A DNA stretch of 64,000 nt, from the NCBI GenBank assembly GCA_964016885.1, contig OZ024740.1, forward strand, positions 364,808,001-364,872,000, read 5' to 3'. Position 1 is the stretch's first letter, and the number at the start of each line of letters is the position of its first letter. Below, piece by piece: positions 32,986-47,300 of the stretch. This DNA comes from Eledone cirrhosa. Its lineage: Eukaryota. The translations under genes were made by a program, and so were the position numbers. The notes under the pieces are model-generated. The model saw only the letters and a list, made by a program, of their open reading frames with translations, did no database searches and was not told where the DNA came from.

Positions 32986-34404
32986 CATGTCTGAGCAGAA
33001 GCTTTCCTTTTGCACATATTATCTGAAAACCACAATTCTAAGTCGCGGTAATAATTAAATTTATGTAGAATTTTCTCCAAGGATCTGACAGATGTTTATC
33101 TGTTTTAACTGCTAATTTCAAACAATGATCTATATCATTCTTCTTTTTCTTTGCAGACCTTTCCAATGACACACATTTATTTTAGAGAATAATTTAATCA
33201 AAGTATTATTCGATGTCTAAATTTTACAAGTATTGTCATTTTATGTTTTGTTTCAGTGTAAATGTTAAGCAAGTTTCTTTTATCATGTTAGGCTATACAT
33301 GTACAATCTACTGTGTGTTTCATTGTTGTGTGTGTTTGTAGTCAGAGTTTTATCATTGTTGTATAAACACAACATCTGTTGTTTGTTTGTTGTTTGATAG
33401 AAATTGTACATGTATTAACCCTGGTTGTATTTTTTTAATGAAATACACTCAATTTCAATTAATTAATGAAAAATTTTGAGTGATTTACTAAAATTATTAA
33501 TTATTCTATTACTAAGATAGTAACATAACATACAGTTCTTATATAAAATTATGTTGGAAGATTTTAATTTAAAATGGACGATTTTATTTAACAGAACTAA
33601 TGTCTGTGTTGACTAGTTTTGTATCAAAAGAATTAATTTAAATAGAAACATTTTAAAATGGGTAGAGTTGTAAGCAGAATTAAGCACCCCATGCTTAACC
33701 AACTCTGATATGGGATTGCGTATAACACAATAGAGTATCATTTTATGAATAAATGTTAAGATAGATTACATAATTATATTTATTGTGTTTGTGTTTTGTA
33801 GCATTAGCTCTGACATAACATGATTGAGACATGGTTGATGTTGGTTAAAAATCCAGGAGTGGTGCCATCAGGGTGGTCTCTCTTTGTTGCTAAGAATAGC
33901 AGTGGCATGATCACAGCTTTTAAAATTCATAGTAAAGCTACAAGAATGTTTATTATACATAAACATTTTGTATATGATTCAATATACAACACCGGTCACA
34001 CACACACATATATACATAGAAAGAGAGATGGACATTTTCTGATTCTGATCTCCACTACAATTGATAAGCAAATTGATTCTAGAGTTGGAGCTGATTGTAA
34101 TTGATTAGAGCTCTGAGCTGGTCATTTATGTAATGTGTTATGTATGAATACAAATAAAATATGTTCAATTGAAACTTAAAAGTCTCATCCTTAATATAAA
34201 TATTCTGAATATTACGCCAATATGAACAGATGTTGGTGTTGATTATACACTTTTAACACTGAATATCCAACTCCTGTAAAAGCATAGAGTGTTCAAACAG
34301 GTGCCACCTACAGTCATATATTATTACTCACTGACAGGATTTATATACATATATATAATGAAAGCTGAGACAAGGATCATTATTAAACCATTTAATAGAT
34401 CTAT

Positions 34405-34466
34405 AAACATTTCACCTGTCTAACAGGAATGAAGAGTCAATTCCTGTAAGAATAGCTCATCAGAAT
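34405..34466 (-). ncRNA. Decayed hammerhead-like motif
   Basis: CUGAUGAG..ACAGGAAU(loop)AUUCCUGU..GAAA-UGUU; stem I poorly supported. Confidence 0.35.
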
Positions 34467-35039
34467 TAATTAAATATAGATAATTTACCTTACATATTAT
34501 AAAGTCTCAGTGGGAGAAAAGGAAAGTGAAGATATAAATAATAATGTTTAAATGTTGTAAGGAAAATGGTAAAATTATGGAAACCTAATATAGTAATTAA
34601 AATGTACAACTGATAAAATATTTACATTCAGTTATTATAGATATTTTACTAACTAAAGTATATCATTACAAAAGGATAACATATAGAGGTAGATTTATAC
34701 TAATGGGAATTATAAAGTCTATTATTACTTCATAAATGAAGTTATAAAAATATCATTAAAATATATGAAAAGAACATTAGATTTTACGTAAAGCATAAAA
34801 CAGTTACATATATAAAATAAATAAAGGTTAATTGACTAAAAGATGGGATGACGAAAGGCGGAGGGTCATTGATCATAGGTCTGCTTGATCCAGGCTGACC
34901 TTGGGTTAAAGAACAATATCAGCCAATGCTCAAATTTGAATGACCACGTCCTTACTGGCTCTCAGCCTTCTTTGTGTGTAAATATTCTACTACTCATGAC
35001 ATGTACTTAACTTATCACAATTTATCCAGTCTGATTTTG

Positions 35040-35040
35040 T

Positions 35041-35071
<31 letters not shown>

Positions 35072-35398
35072 TGAACACATATAAGCATACTAACACACAT
35101 GTACACATACATGCCTAATGCAATCACACATACACACATTCATTTATATGGATACTCGAATGTACACATACTCACACAATAATATCTGCATTCAAGAATG
35201 CAAGCATACACTCACCTTCTCATACACGCAGAATCACAAATACACACATTCATTTGTATGCAAACACACATAGACACATACACACGTATACACAATATCA
35301 CATATGCATTCAAGAAGATGCAAGCATACATACACACACTCACCCTCTCATACACACACATGAACACACATACATATATGCAAGTAATTATACACTCA
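35040..35398. repeat. CA-rich degenerate tandem repeat (~115 bp, 2-3 copies)
   Basis: TGCATTCAAGAA..GCAAGCATACA..CTCACC and ACACACATTCATTT.TATG each recur. Confidence 0.65.
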
Positions 35399-38300
35399 CA
35401 CAGTCAGTATATGTTCTATAGTACTAACGATTAGCTAAACATATCCTCCCCTTCTCTCAACCACAGTCAGTATATGTTCTATAGTACTAACAATTAGCTA
35501 AACATATCCTCCCCTTCTCTCAACCACAGTCAGTATATGTTCTATAGTACTAACAATTAGCTAAACATATCCTCCCCTTCTCTCAACCACAGTCAGTATA
35601 TGTTCTATAGTACTAACAATTAGCTAAACATATCCTCCCCCTCCTCTCAACCACAGTCAGTATATGTTCTATAGTACTAACAATTAGCTAAACATATCCT
35701 CCCCCTTCTCTAAACCACAGTCAGTATATGTTCTATAGTACTAACAATTAGCTAAACATATCCTCCCCTTCTCTCAACCACAGTTAGTATATGTTCTATA
35801 GTACTAACAATTAGCTAAACATATCCTCCCCTCCTCTAAACCACAGTCAGTATATGTTCTATAGTACTAACAATTAGCTAAACATATCCTCCCCCTTCTC
35901 TAAACCACAGTCAGTATATGTTCTATAGTACTAACAATTAGCTAAACATATCCTCCCCTTCTCTCAACCACAGTTAGTATATGTTCTATAGTACTAACAA
36001 TTAGCTAAACATATCCTCCCCTCCTCTAAACCACAGTCAGTATATGTTCTATAGTACTAACAATTAGCTAAACATATCCTCCCCCTTCTCTAAACCACAG
36101 TCAGTATATGTTCTATAGTACTAACAATTAGCTAAACATATCCTCCCCTTCTCTCAACCACAGTTAGTATATGTTCTATAGTACTAACAATTAGCTAAAC
36201 ATATCCTCCCCTCCTCTAAACCACAGTCAGTATATGTTCTATAGTACTAACAATTAGCTAAACATATCCTCCCCCTTCTCTAAACCACAGTCAGTATATG
36301 TTCTATAGTACTAACAATTAGCTAAACATATCCTCCCCTTCTCTCAACCACAGTTAGTATATGTTCTATAGTACTAACAATTAGCTAAACATATCCTCCC
36401 CTCCTCTAAACCACAGTCAGTATATGTTCTATAGTACTAACAATTAGCTAAACATATCCTCCCCCTTCTCTAAACCACAGTCAGTATATGTTCTATAGTA
36501 CTAACAATTAGCTAAACATATCCTCCCCTTCTCTCAACCACAGTTAGTATATGTTCTATAGTACTAACAATTAGCTAAACATATCCTCCCCTCCTCTAAA
36601 CCACAGTCAGTATATGTTCTATAGTACTAACAATTAGCTAAACATATCCTCCCCTTCTCTCAACCACAGTTAGTATATGTTCTATAGTACTAACAATTAG
36701 CTAAACATATCCTCCCCCTCCTCTCAACCACAGTCAGTATATGTTCTATAGTACTAACAATTAGCTAAACATATCCTCCCCTTCTCTCAACCACAGTCAG
36801 TATATGTTCTATAGTACTAACAATTAGCTAAACATATCCTCCCCCTCCTCACAACCACAGTCAGTATATGTTCTATAGTACTAACAATTAGCTAAACATA
36901 CCCTCCCCTTCTCTCAACCACAGTTAGTATATGTTCTATAGTACTAACAATTAGCTAAACATATCATCCCCCTCCTCTCAACCACAGTGAGTATATGTTC
37001 TATAGTACTAACAATTAGCTAAACATATCCTCCCCCTTCTCTCAACCACAGTCAGTATATGTTCTATAGTACTAACAATTAGCTAAACATACCCTCCCCT
37101 TCTCTCAACCACAGTTAGTATATGTTCTATAGTACTAACAATTAGCTAAACATATCCTCCCCCTCCTCTCAACCACAGTCAGTATATGTTCTATAGTACT
37201 AACAATTAGCTAAACATACCCTCCCCTTCTCTCAACCACAGTTAGTATATGTTCTATAGTACTAAAAATTAGCTAAACATATCCTCCCCTCCTCTCAACC
37301 ACAGTCAATATATGTTCTATAGTACTAACAATTAGCTAAACATATCCTCCCCCTCCTCTCAACCACAGTCAGTATATGTGCTATAGTACTAACAATTAGC
37401 TAAACATATCCTCCTCCTTCTCTCAACCACAGTCAGTATATGTTCTATAGTACTAACAATTAGCTAAACATATCCTCCCCCTCCTCTCAACCACAGTCAG
37501 TATATGTTCTATAGTACTAACAATTAGCTAAACATATCCTCCTCCTTCTCTCAACCACAGTCAGTATATGTTCCATAGTACTAACAATTAGCTAAACATA
37601 TCCTCCCCTTCTCTCAACCACAGTCAGTATATGTTCCATAGTACTAACAATTAGCTAAACATATCCTCTTACTTCTCTCAACCACAGTCAGTATATGTTC
37701 TATAGTACTAACAATTAGCTAAACATATCCTCTTCCTTCTCTCAACCACAGTCAGTATATTTTCTATAGTACTAACAATTAGCTAAACATATCCTCCCCC
37801 TCCTCTCAACCACAGTCAGTATATATACTATAGTACTAACAATTAGCTAAACATATCCTCCCCCTTCTCTCAACCACAGTCAGTATATGTTCTATAGTAC
37901 TAACAATTAGCTAAACATATCCTCCTCCTTCACTCAACCACAGTCAGTATATGTTCTATAGTACTAACAATTAGCTAAACATATCCTCCCCCTTCTCTAA
38001 ACCACTGTCAGTATATGCTCTATAGTACTAACAATTAGCTAAACATATCCTCTTCCTTCTCTCAACCACAGTCAGTATATGTTCTATAGTACTAACAATT
38101 AGCTAAACATATCCTCCCCTTCTCTCAACCACAGTCAGTATATGTTCTATAGTACTAACAATTAGCTAAACATATCCTCCTCCTTCTCTCAACCACAGTC
38201 AGTATATGTTCTATAGTACTAACAATTAGCTAAACATATCCTCCCGCTTCTCTCAACCACAGTCAGTATATGTTCTATTGTACTAACAATTAGCTAAACA

Positions 38301-41300
38301 TATCCTCTTCCTTCTCTCAACCACAGTCAGTATATGTGCTATAGTACTAATAATTAGCTAAACATATCCTCTTCCTTCTCTCAACCACAGTCAGTATATG
38401 TTCTATAGTACTAACAATTAGCTAAACATATCCTCCCCCTTCTCTCAACCACAGTCAGTATATGTTCTATAGTACTAACAATGAGCTAAACATATTCCCC
38501 CCCTCCTCTCAACCACAGTCAGTATATGTTCTATAGTACTAACAATTAGCTAAACATATCCTCCCCCTCCTGTCAACCACAGTCAGTATATGTTCTATAG
38601 TACTAACAATTAGCTAAACATATCCTCCCCCTTCTCTCAACCACAGTCAGTATATGTTCTATAGTACTAACAATTAGGTAAACATATCCTCTTCCTTCTC
38701 TCAACCACAGTCAGTATATGTGCTATAGTACTAAAATTAGCTAAACATATCCTCCCCTTCTCTCAACCACAGTCAGTATATGTTCTATAGTACTAACAAT
38801 TAGCTAAACATATCCTCCCCTTCTCTCAACCACAGTCAGTATATGTTCTATAGTACTAACAATTAGCTAAACATATCCTCCCCCTCCTCTCAACCACAGT
38901 CAGTATATGTTCTATAGTACTAACAATTAGCTAAACATATCCTCCCCTTCTCTCAACCACAGTTAGTATATGTTCTATAGTACTAACAATTAGCTAAACA
39001 TATCCACTTCCTTCTCACAACCACAGTGAGTATATGTTCTATAGTACTAACAATTAGCTAAACATATCCTCCCCCTTCTCTCAACCACAGTCAGTATATG
39101 TTCTATAGTACTAACAATGAGCTAAACATATTCCCCCCCTCCTCTCAACCACAGTCAGTATATGTTCTATAGTACTAACAATTAGCTAAACATATCCTCC
39201 CCCTCCTCTCAACCACAGTCAGTATATGTTCTATAGTACTAACAATTAGCGAAACATATCCTCCTCCTTCTCTCAACCACAGTCACTATATGTTCCATAG
39301 TACTAACAATTAGCTAAACATATCCTCCCCTTCTCTCAACCACAGTCAGTATATGTTCCATAGTACTAACAATTAGCTAAACATATCCTCTTCCTTCTCT
39401 CAACCACAGTCAGTATATGTTCTATAGTACTAACAATTAGCTAAACATATCCTTTTCCTTCTCTCAACTACAGTCAGTATATTTTCTATAGTACTAACAA
39501 TTAGCTAAACATATCCTCCCCCTCCTCTCAACCACAGTCAGTATATGTTCTATAGTACTAACAATTAGCTAAACATATCCTCCCCCTTCTCTCAACCACA
39601 GTCAGTATATGTTCTATAGTAATAACAATTAGCTAAACATATCCTCCTCCTTCTCTCAACCACAGTCAGTATATGTTCTATAGTACTAACAATTAGCTAA
39701 ACATATCCTCCCGCTTCTCTCAACCACAGTCAGTATATGCTCTATAGTACTAACAATTAGCTAAACATATCCTCCCGCTTCTCTCAACCACAGTCAGTAT
39801 ATTTTCTATAGTACTAACAATTAGCTAAACATATCCTCCCCCTCCTCTCAACCACAGTCAGTATATGTTCTATAGTACTAACAATTAGCTAAACATACAC
39901 TCCCTTTCTCTAAACCACAGTTAGTATATGTTCTATAGTACTAAAAATTAGCTAAACATATCCTCCCCCTCCTCTCAACCACAGTCAGTATATGTTCCAT
40001 AGTACTAACAATCAGCTAAACATATCCTCCCCTTCTCTCAACCACAGTCAGTATATGTTCCATAGTACTAACAATTAGCTAAACATATCCTCTTCCTTCT
40101 CTCAACCACAGTCAGTATATGTTCTATAGTACTAACAATTAGCTAAACATATCCTTTTCCTTCTCTCAACTACAGTCAGTATATTTTCTATAGTACTAAC
40201 AATTAGCTAAACATATCCTCCCCCTCCTCTCAACCACAGTCAGTATATGTTCTATAGTACTAACAATTAGCTAAACATATCCTCCCCCTTCTCTCAACCA
40301 CAGTCAGTATATGTTCTATAGTAATAACAATTAGCTAAACATATCCTCCTCCTTCTCTCAACCACAGTCAGTATATGTTCTATAGTACTAACAATTAGCT
40401 AAACATATCCTCCCGCTTCTCTCAACCACAGTCAGTATATGCTCTATAGTACTAACAATTAGCTAAACATATCCTCCCGCTTCTCTCAACCACAGTCAGT
40501 ATATTTTCTATAGTACTAACAATTAGCTAAACATATCCTCCCCCTCCTCTCAACCACAGTCAGTATATGTTCTATAGTACTAACAATTAGCTAAACATAC
40601 ACTCCCTTTCTCTAAACCACAGTTAGTATATGTTCTATAGTACTAAAAATTAGCTAAACATATCCTCCCCCTCCTCTCAACCACAGTCAGTATATGTTCC
40701 ATAGTACTAACAATCAGCTAAACATATCCTCCCCTTCTCTCAACCACAGTCAGTATATGTTCCATAGTACTAACAATTAGCTAAACATATCCTCTTCCTT
40801 CTCTCAACCACAGTCAGTATATTTTTTATAGTACTAACAATTAGCTAAACATATCCTCCCCCTCCTCTCAACCACAGTCAGTATATGTTCTATAGTACTA
40901 ACAATTAGCTAAACATATCCTCCTCCTTCTCTCAACCACAGTCAGTATATGTTCTATAGTACTAACAATTAGCTAAACATATCCTCTTCCTTCTCTCAAC
41001 CACAGTCAGTATATGTTCTATAGTACTAACAATTAGCTAAACATATCCTCCCCTTCTCTCAACCACAGTCAGTATATGTTCTATAGTACTAACAACTAGC
41101 TAAACATATCCTCCTCCTTCTCTCAACCACAGTCAGTATATGTTCTATAGTACTAACAATTAGCTAAACATATCCTCCCGCTTCTCTCAACCACAGTCAG
41201 TATATGTTCTATTGTACTAACAATTAGCTAAACATATCCTCTTCCTTCTCTCAACCACAGTCAGTATATGTGCTATAGTACTAATAATTAGCTAAACATA

Positions 41301-44300
41301 TCCTCTTCCTTCTCTCAACAACAGTCAGTATATGTTCTATAGTACTAACAATTAGCTAAACATATCCTCCCCCTCCTGTCAACCACAGTCAGTATATGTT
41401 CTATAGTACTAACAATTAGCTAAACATATCCTCCCCCTTCTCACAACCACACTCAGTATATGTTCTATAGTACTAACAATTAGCTAAACATATCCTCTTC
41501 CTTCTCTCAACCACAGTCAGTATATGTTCTATAGTACTAACAATTAGCTAAACATATCCTCCCCCTCCTGTCAACCACAGTCAGTATATGTTCTATAGTA
41601 CTAACAATTAGCTAAACATATCCTCTTCCTTCTCTCAACCACAGTCAGTATATGTTCTATAGTACTAACAATTAGCTAAACATATCCTCCCCCTCCTGTC
41701 AACCACAGTCAGTATATGTTCTATAGTACTAACAATTAGCTAAACATATCCTCCCCCTTCTCACAACCACAGTCAGTATATGTTCTATAGTACTAACAAT
41801 TAGCTAAACATATCCTCCCCTTCTCTCAACTACAGTCAGTATATGTTCCATAGTACTAACAATTAGCTAAACATATCCTCCTCCTTCTCTCAACCACAGT
41901 CAGTATATGTTCTATAGTACTAACAATTAGCTAAACATATCCTCCCCCTCCTGTCAACCACAGTCATTATATGTGCTATAGTACTAACAATTAGCTAAAG
42001 ATATCCTCCCCCTTCTCACAACCACAGTCAGTATATGCTCTATAGTACTAACAATTAGCTAAACATATCGCCCCCTCCTCTCAACCGCAGTCAGTATATG
42101 TTCTATAGTACTAACAATTAGCTAAACATATCCTCCCCCTTCTCTCAACCACAGTCAGTATATGTTCTATAGTACTAACAATTAGCTAAACATATCCTCC
42201 CCCTTCTCTCAACCACAGTCAGTATATGCTCTATAGTACTAACAATTAGCTAAACATATCCTCCTCCTTCTCTCAACCACAGTCAGTATATGTTCTATAG
42301 TACTAACAATTAGCTAAACATATCCTCCCCCTTCTCTCAACCACAGTCAGTATATGCTCTATAGTACTAACAATTAGCTAAACATATCCTCCTCCTTCTC
42401 TCAACCACAGTCAGTATATGTTCTATAGTACTAACAATTAGCTAAACATATCCTCCCGCTTCTCTCAACCACAGTCAGTATATGCACTATAGTACTAACA
42501 ATTAGCTAAACATATCCTCCCGCTTCTCTCAACCACAGTCAGTATATGTTCTACTGTACTAACAATTAGCTAAACATATCCTCCTCCTTCCCTCAACCAC
42601 AGTCAGTATATGTTCTATAGTACTAACAATTAGCTAAACATATCCTCCCCCTCCTGTCAACCACAGTCAGTATATGTTCTATAGTACTAACAATTAGCTA
42701 AACATATCCTCCCCCTTCTCACAACCACAGTCAGTATATGTTCTATAGTACTAACAATTAGCTAAACATATCCTCCCCCTCCTGTCAACCACAGTCAGTA
42801 TATGTTCTATAGTACTAACAATTAGCTAAACATATCCTCCCCTTCTCTCAACCACAGTCAGTATATGTTCTATAGTACTAACAATTAGCTAAACATATCC
42901 TCCCCTTCCTGTCAACCACAGTCAGTATATGTTCTATAGTACTAACAATTAGCTAAACATATCCTCTTCCTTCTCTCAACCACAGTCAGTATATGTTCTA
43001 TAGTACTAACAATTAGCTAAACATATCCTTTTCCTTCTCTCAACCACAGTCAGTATATTTTCTATAGTACTAACAATTAGCTAAACATATCCTCCCCCTC
43101 CTCTCAACCACAGTCAGTATATGTTCTATAGTACTAACAATTAGCTAAACATATCCTCCCCCTTCTCTCAACCACAGTCAGTATATGTTCTATAGTAATA
43201 ACAATTAGCTAAACATATCCTCCTCCTTCTCTCAACCACAGTCAGTATATGTCCTATAGTACTAACAATTAGCTAAACATATCCTCCCGCTTCTCTCAAC
43301 CACAGTCAGTATATGCTCTATAGTACTAACAATTAGCTAAACATATCCTCCCGCTTCTCTCAACCACAGTCAGTATATTTTCTATAGTACTAACAATTAG
43401 CTAAACATACCCTCCCCTTCTCTCAACCACAGTCAGTATATGTTCTATAGTACTAACAATTAGCTAAACATATCCTCCCCCTCCTCTCAACCACAGTCAG
43501 TATATGTTCTATAGTACTAACAATTAGCTAAACATATCCTCCCCCTCCTCTCAACCACAGTCAGTATATGTTCTATAGTACTAACAATTAGCTAAACATA
43601 TCCTCCCCCTCCTCTCAACCACAGTCAGTATATGTTCTATAGTACTAACAATTAGCTAAACATACACTCCCTTTCTCTCAACCACAGTCAGTATATGTTC
43701 TATAGTACTAACAATTAGCTAAACATATCCTCACCTTCTCTCAACCACAGTCAGTATATGTTCTATAGTACTAAAAATTAGCTAAACATATCCTCCCCCT
43801 CCTCTCAACCACAGTCAGTATATGTTCCATAGTACTAACAATCAGCTAAACATATCCTCCCCTTCTCTCAACCACAGTCAGTATATGTTCCATAGTACTA
43901 ACAATTAGCTAAACATATCCTCTTCCTTCTCTCAACCACAGTCAGTATATGTTCTATAGTACTAACAATTAGCTAAACATATCCTCTTCCTTCTCTCAAC
44001 CACAGTCAGTATATTTTTTATAGTACTAACAATTAGCTAAACATATCCTCCCCCTCCTCTCAACCACAGTCAGTATATGTTCTATAGTACTAACAATTAG
44101 CTAAACATATCCTCCTCCTTCTCTCAACCACAGTCAGTATATGTTCTATAGTACTAACAATTAGCTAAACATATCCTCTTCCTTCTCTCAACCACAGTCA
44201 GTATATGTTCTATAGTACTAACAATTAGCTAAACATATCCTCCCCTTCTCTCAACCACAGTCAGTATATGTTCTATAGTACTAACAACTAGCTAAACATA

Positions 44301-47300
44301 TCCTCCTCCTTCTCTCAACCACAGTCAGTATATGTTCTATAGTACTAACAATTAGCTAAACATATCCTCCCGCTTCTCTCAACCACAGTCAGTATATGTT
44401 CTATTGTACTAACAATTAGCTAAACATATCCTCTTCCTTCTCTCAACCACAGTCAGTATATGTGCTATAGTACTAATAATTAGCTAAACATATCCTCTTC
44501 CTTCTCTCAACAACAGTCAGTATATGTTCTATAGTACTAACAATTAGCTAAACATATCCTCCCCCTCCTGTCAACCACAGTCAGTATATGTTCTATAGTA
44601 CTAACAATTAGCTAAACATATCCTCCCCCTTCTCACAACCACACTCAGTATATGTTCTATAGTACTAACAATTAGCTAAACATATCCTCTTCCTTCTCTC
44701 AACCACAGTCAGTATATGTTCTATAGTACTAACAATTAGCTAAACATATCCTCCCCCTCCTGTCAACCACAGTCAGTATATGTTCTATAGTACTAACAAT
44801 TAGCTAAACATATCCTCTTCCTTCTCTCAACCACAGTCAGTATATGTTCTATAGTACTAACAATTAGCTAAACATATCCTCCCCCTCCTGTCAACCACAG
44901 TCAGTATATGTTCTATAGTACTAACAATTAGCTAAACATATCCTCCCCCTTCTCACAACCACAGTCAGTATATGTTCTATAGTACTAACAATTAGCTAAA
45001 CATATCCTCCCCTTCTCTCAACTACAGTCAGTATATGTTCCATAGTACTAACAATTAGCTAAACATATCCTCCTCCTTCTCTCAACCACAGTCAGTATAT
45101 GTTCTATAGTACTAACAATTAGCTAAACATATCCTCCCCCTCCTGTCAACACAGTCATTATATGTGCTATAGTACTAACAATTAGCTAAAGATATCCTCC
45201 CCCTTCTCACAACCACAGTCAGTATATGCTCTATAGTACTAACAATTAGCTAAACATATCCCCCCCTCCTCTCAACCGCAGTCAGTATATGTTCTATAGT
45301 ACTAACAATTAGCTAAACATATCCTCCCCCTTCTCTCAACCACAGTCAGTATATGTTCTATAGTACTAACAATTAGCTAAACATATCCTCCCCCTTCTCT
45401 CAACCACAGTCAGTATATGCTCTATAGTACTAACAATTAGCTAAACATATCCTCCTCCTTCTCTCAACCACAGTCAGTATATGTTCTATAGTACTAACAA
45501 TTAGCTAAACATATCCTCCCCCTTCTCTCAACCACAGTCAGTATATGCTCTATAGTACTAACAATTAGCTAAACATATCCTCCTCCTTCTCTCAACCACA
45601 GTCAGTATATGTTCTGTAGTACTAACAATTAGCTAAACATATCCTCCCGCTTCTCTCAACCACAGTCAGTATATGCACTATAGTACTAACAATTAGCTAA
45701 ACATATCCTCCCGCTTCTCTCAACCACAGTCAGTATATGTTCTACTGTACTAACAATTAGCTAAACATATCCTCCTCCTTCCCTCAACCACAGTCAGTAT
45801 ATGTTCTATAGTACTAACAATTAGCTAAACATATCCTCCCCCTCCTGTCAACCACAGTCAGTATATGTTCTATAGTACTAACAATTAGCTAAACATATCC
45901 TCCCCCTTCTCACAACCACAGTCAGTATATGTTCTATAGTACTAACAATTAGCTAAACATATCCTCCCCCTCCTGTCAACCACAGTCAGTATATGTTCTA
46001 TAGTACTAACAATTAGCTAAACATATCCTCCCCTTCTCTCAACCACAGTCAGTATATGTTCTATAGTACTAACAATTAGCTAAACATATCCTCTTCCTTC
46101 TCTCAACCACAGTCAGTATATGTTCTATAGTACTAACAGTTAGCTAAACATATCCTCCCCCTCCTGTCAACCACAGTCAGTATATGTTCTATAGTACTAA
46201 CAATTAGCTAAACATATCCTCCCCCTTCTCACAACCACAGTCAGTATATGTTCTATAGTACTAACAATTAGTTAAACATATCCTCCCCTTCTCTCAACTA
46301 CAGTCAGTATATGTTCTATAGTACTAACAATTATCTAAACATATCCTCCTCCTTCTCTCAACCACAGTCAGTATATCTTCTATAGTACTAACAATTAGCT
46401 AAACATATCCTCCCCCTTCTCACAACCACAGTCAGTATATGTTCTATAGTACTAACAATTAGCTAAACATATCCTCTTCCTTCTCTCAACCACAGTCAGT
46501 ATATGTTCTATAGTACTAACAATTATCTAAACATATCCACTTCCTTCTCACAACCACAGTCAGTATATGTACTATAGTACTAACAATTAGCTAAACATAT
46601 CCTCCTCCTTCTCTCAACCACAGTCAGTATATGTTCTATAGTACTAACAATTAGCTAAACATATCCTCCCCCTCCTCTCAACCACAGTCAGTATATGTTC
46701 TATAGTACTAACAATTAGCTAAACATATCCTTCCCCTCCTCTCAACCACAGTCAGTATATGTTCTATAGTACTAACAATTAGCTAAACATATCCTCCTCC
46801 TTCTCTCAACCACAGTCAGTATATGTTCCATAGTACTAACAATTAGCTAAACATATCCTCCCCTTCTCTCAACCACAGTCAGTATATGTTCCATAGTACT
46901 AACAATTAGCTAAACATATCCTCTTCCTTCTCTCAACCACAGTCAGTATATGTTCTATAGTACTAACAATTAGCTAAACATATCCTCCCCCTTCTCTCAA
47001 CCACAGTCAGTATATGCTCTATAGTACTAACAATTAGCTAAACATATCCTCCCCCTTCTCTCAACCACAGTCAGTAATTGTTCGATAGTATTAACAATTA
47101 GCTAAACATATCCTCCCCCTCCTCTCAACCACAGTCAGTATATGTTCTATAGTACTAACAATTAGCTAAACATATCCTCCTCCTTCTCTCAACCACAGTC
47201 AGTATATGTTCTATAGTACTAACAATTAGCTAAACATATCCTCCTCCTTCTCTCAACCACAGTCAGTATATGTTCTATAGTACTAACAATTAGCTAAACA

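Noticed and set aside
33120-33260. Plus-strand splice acceptors (TTTGCAG, TTTCAG)
   Set aside because: No matching donor or open exon; such words are frequent in AT-rich DNA
614-35434. Many YIYI/HTHT/CVCV ORFs and ORFs antisense to the RTE copies
   Set aside because: Dinucleotide repeat translations or shadow frames of retroelement coding sequence
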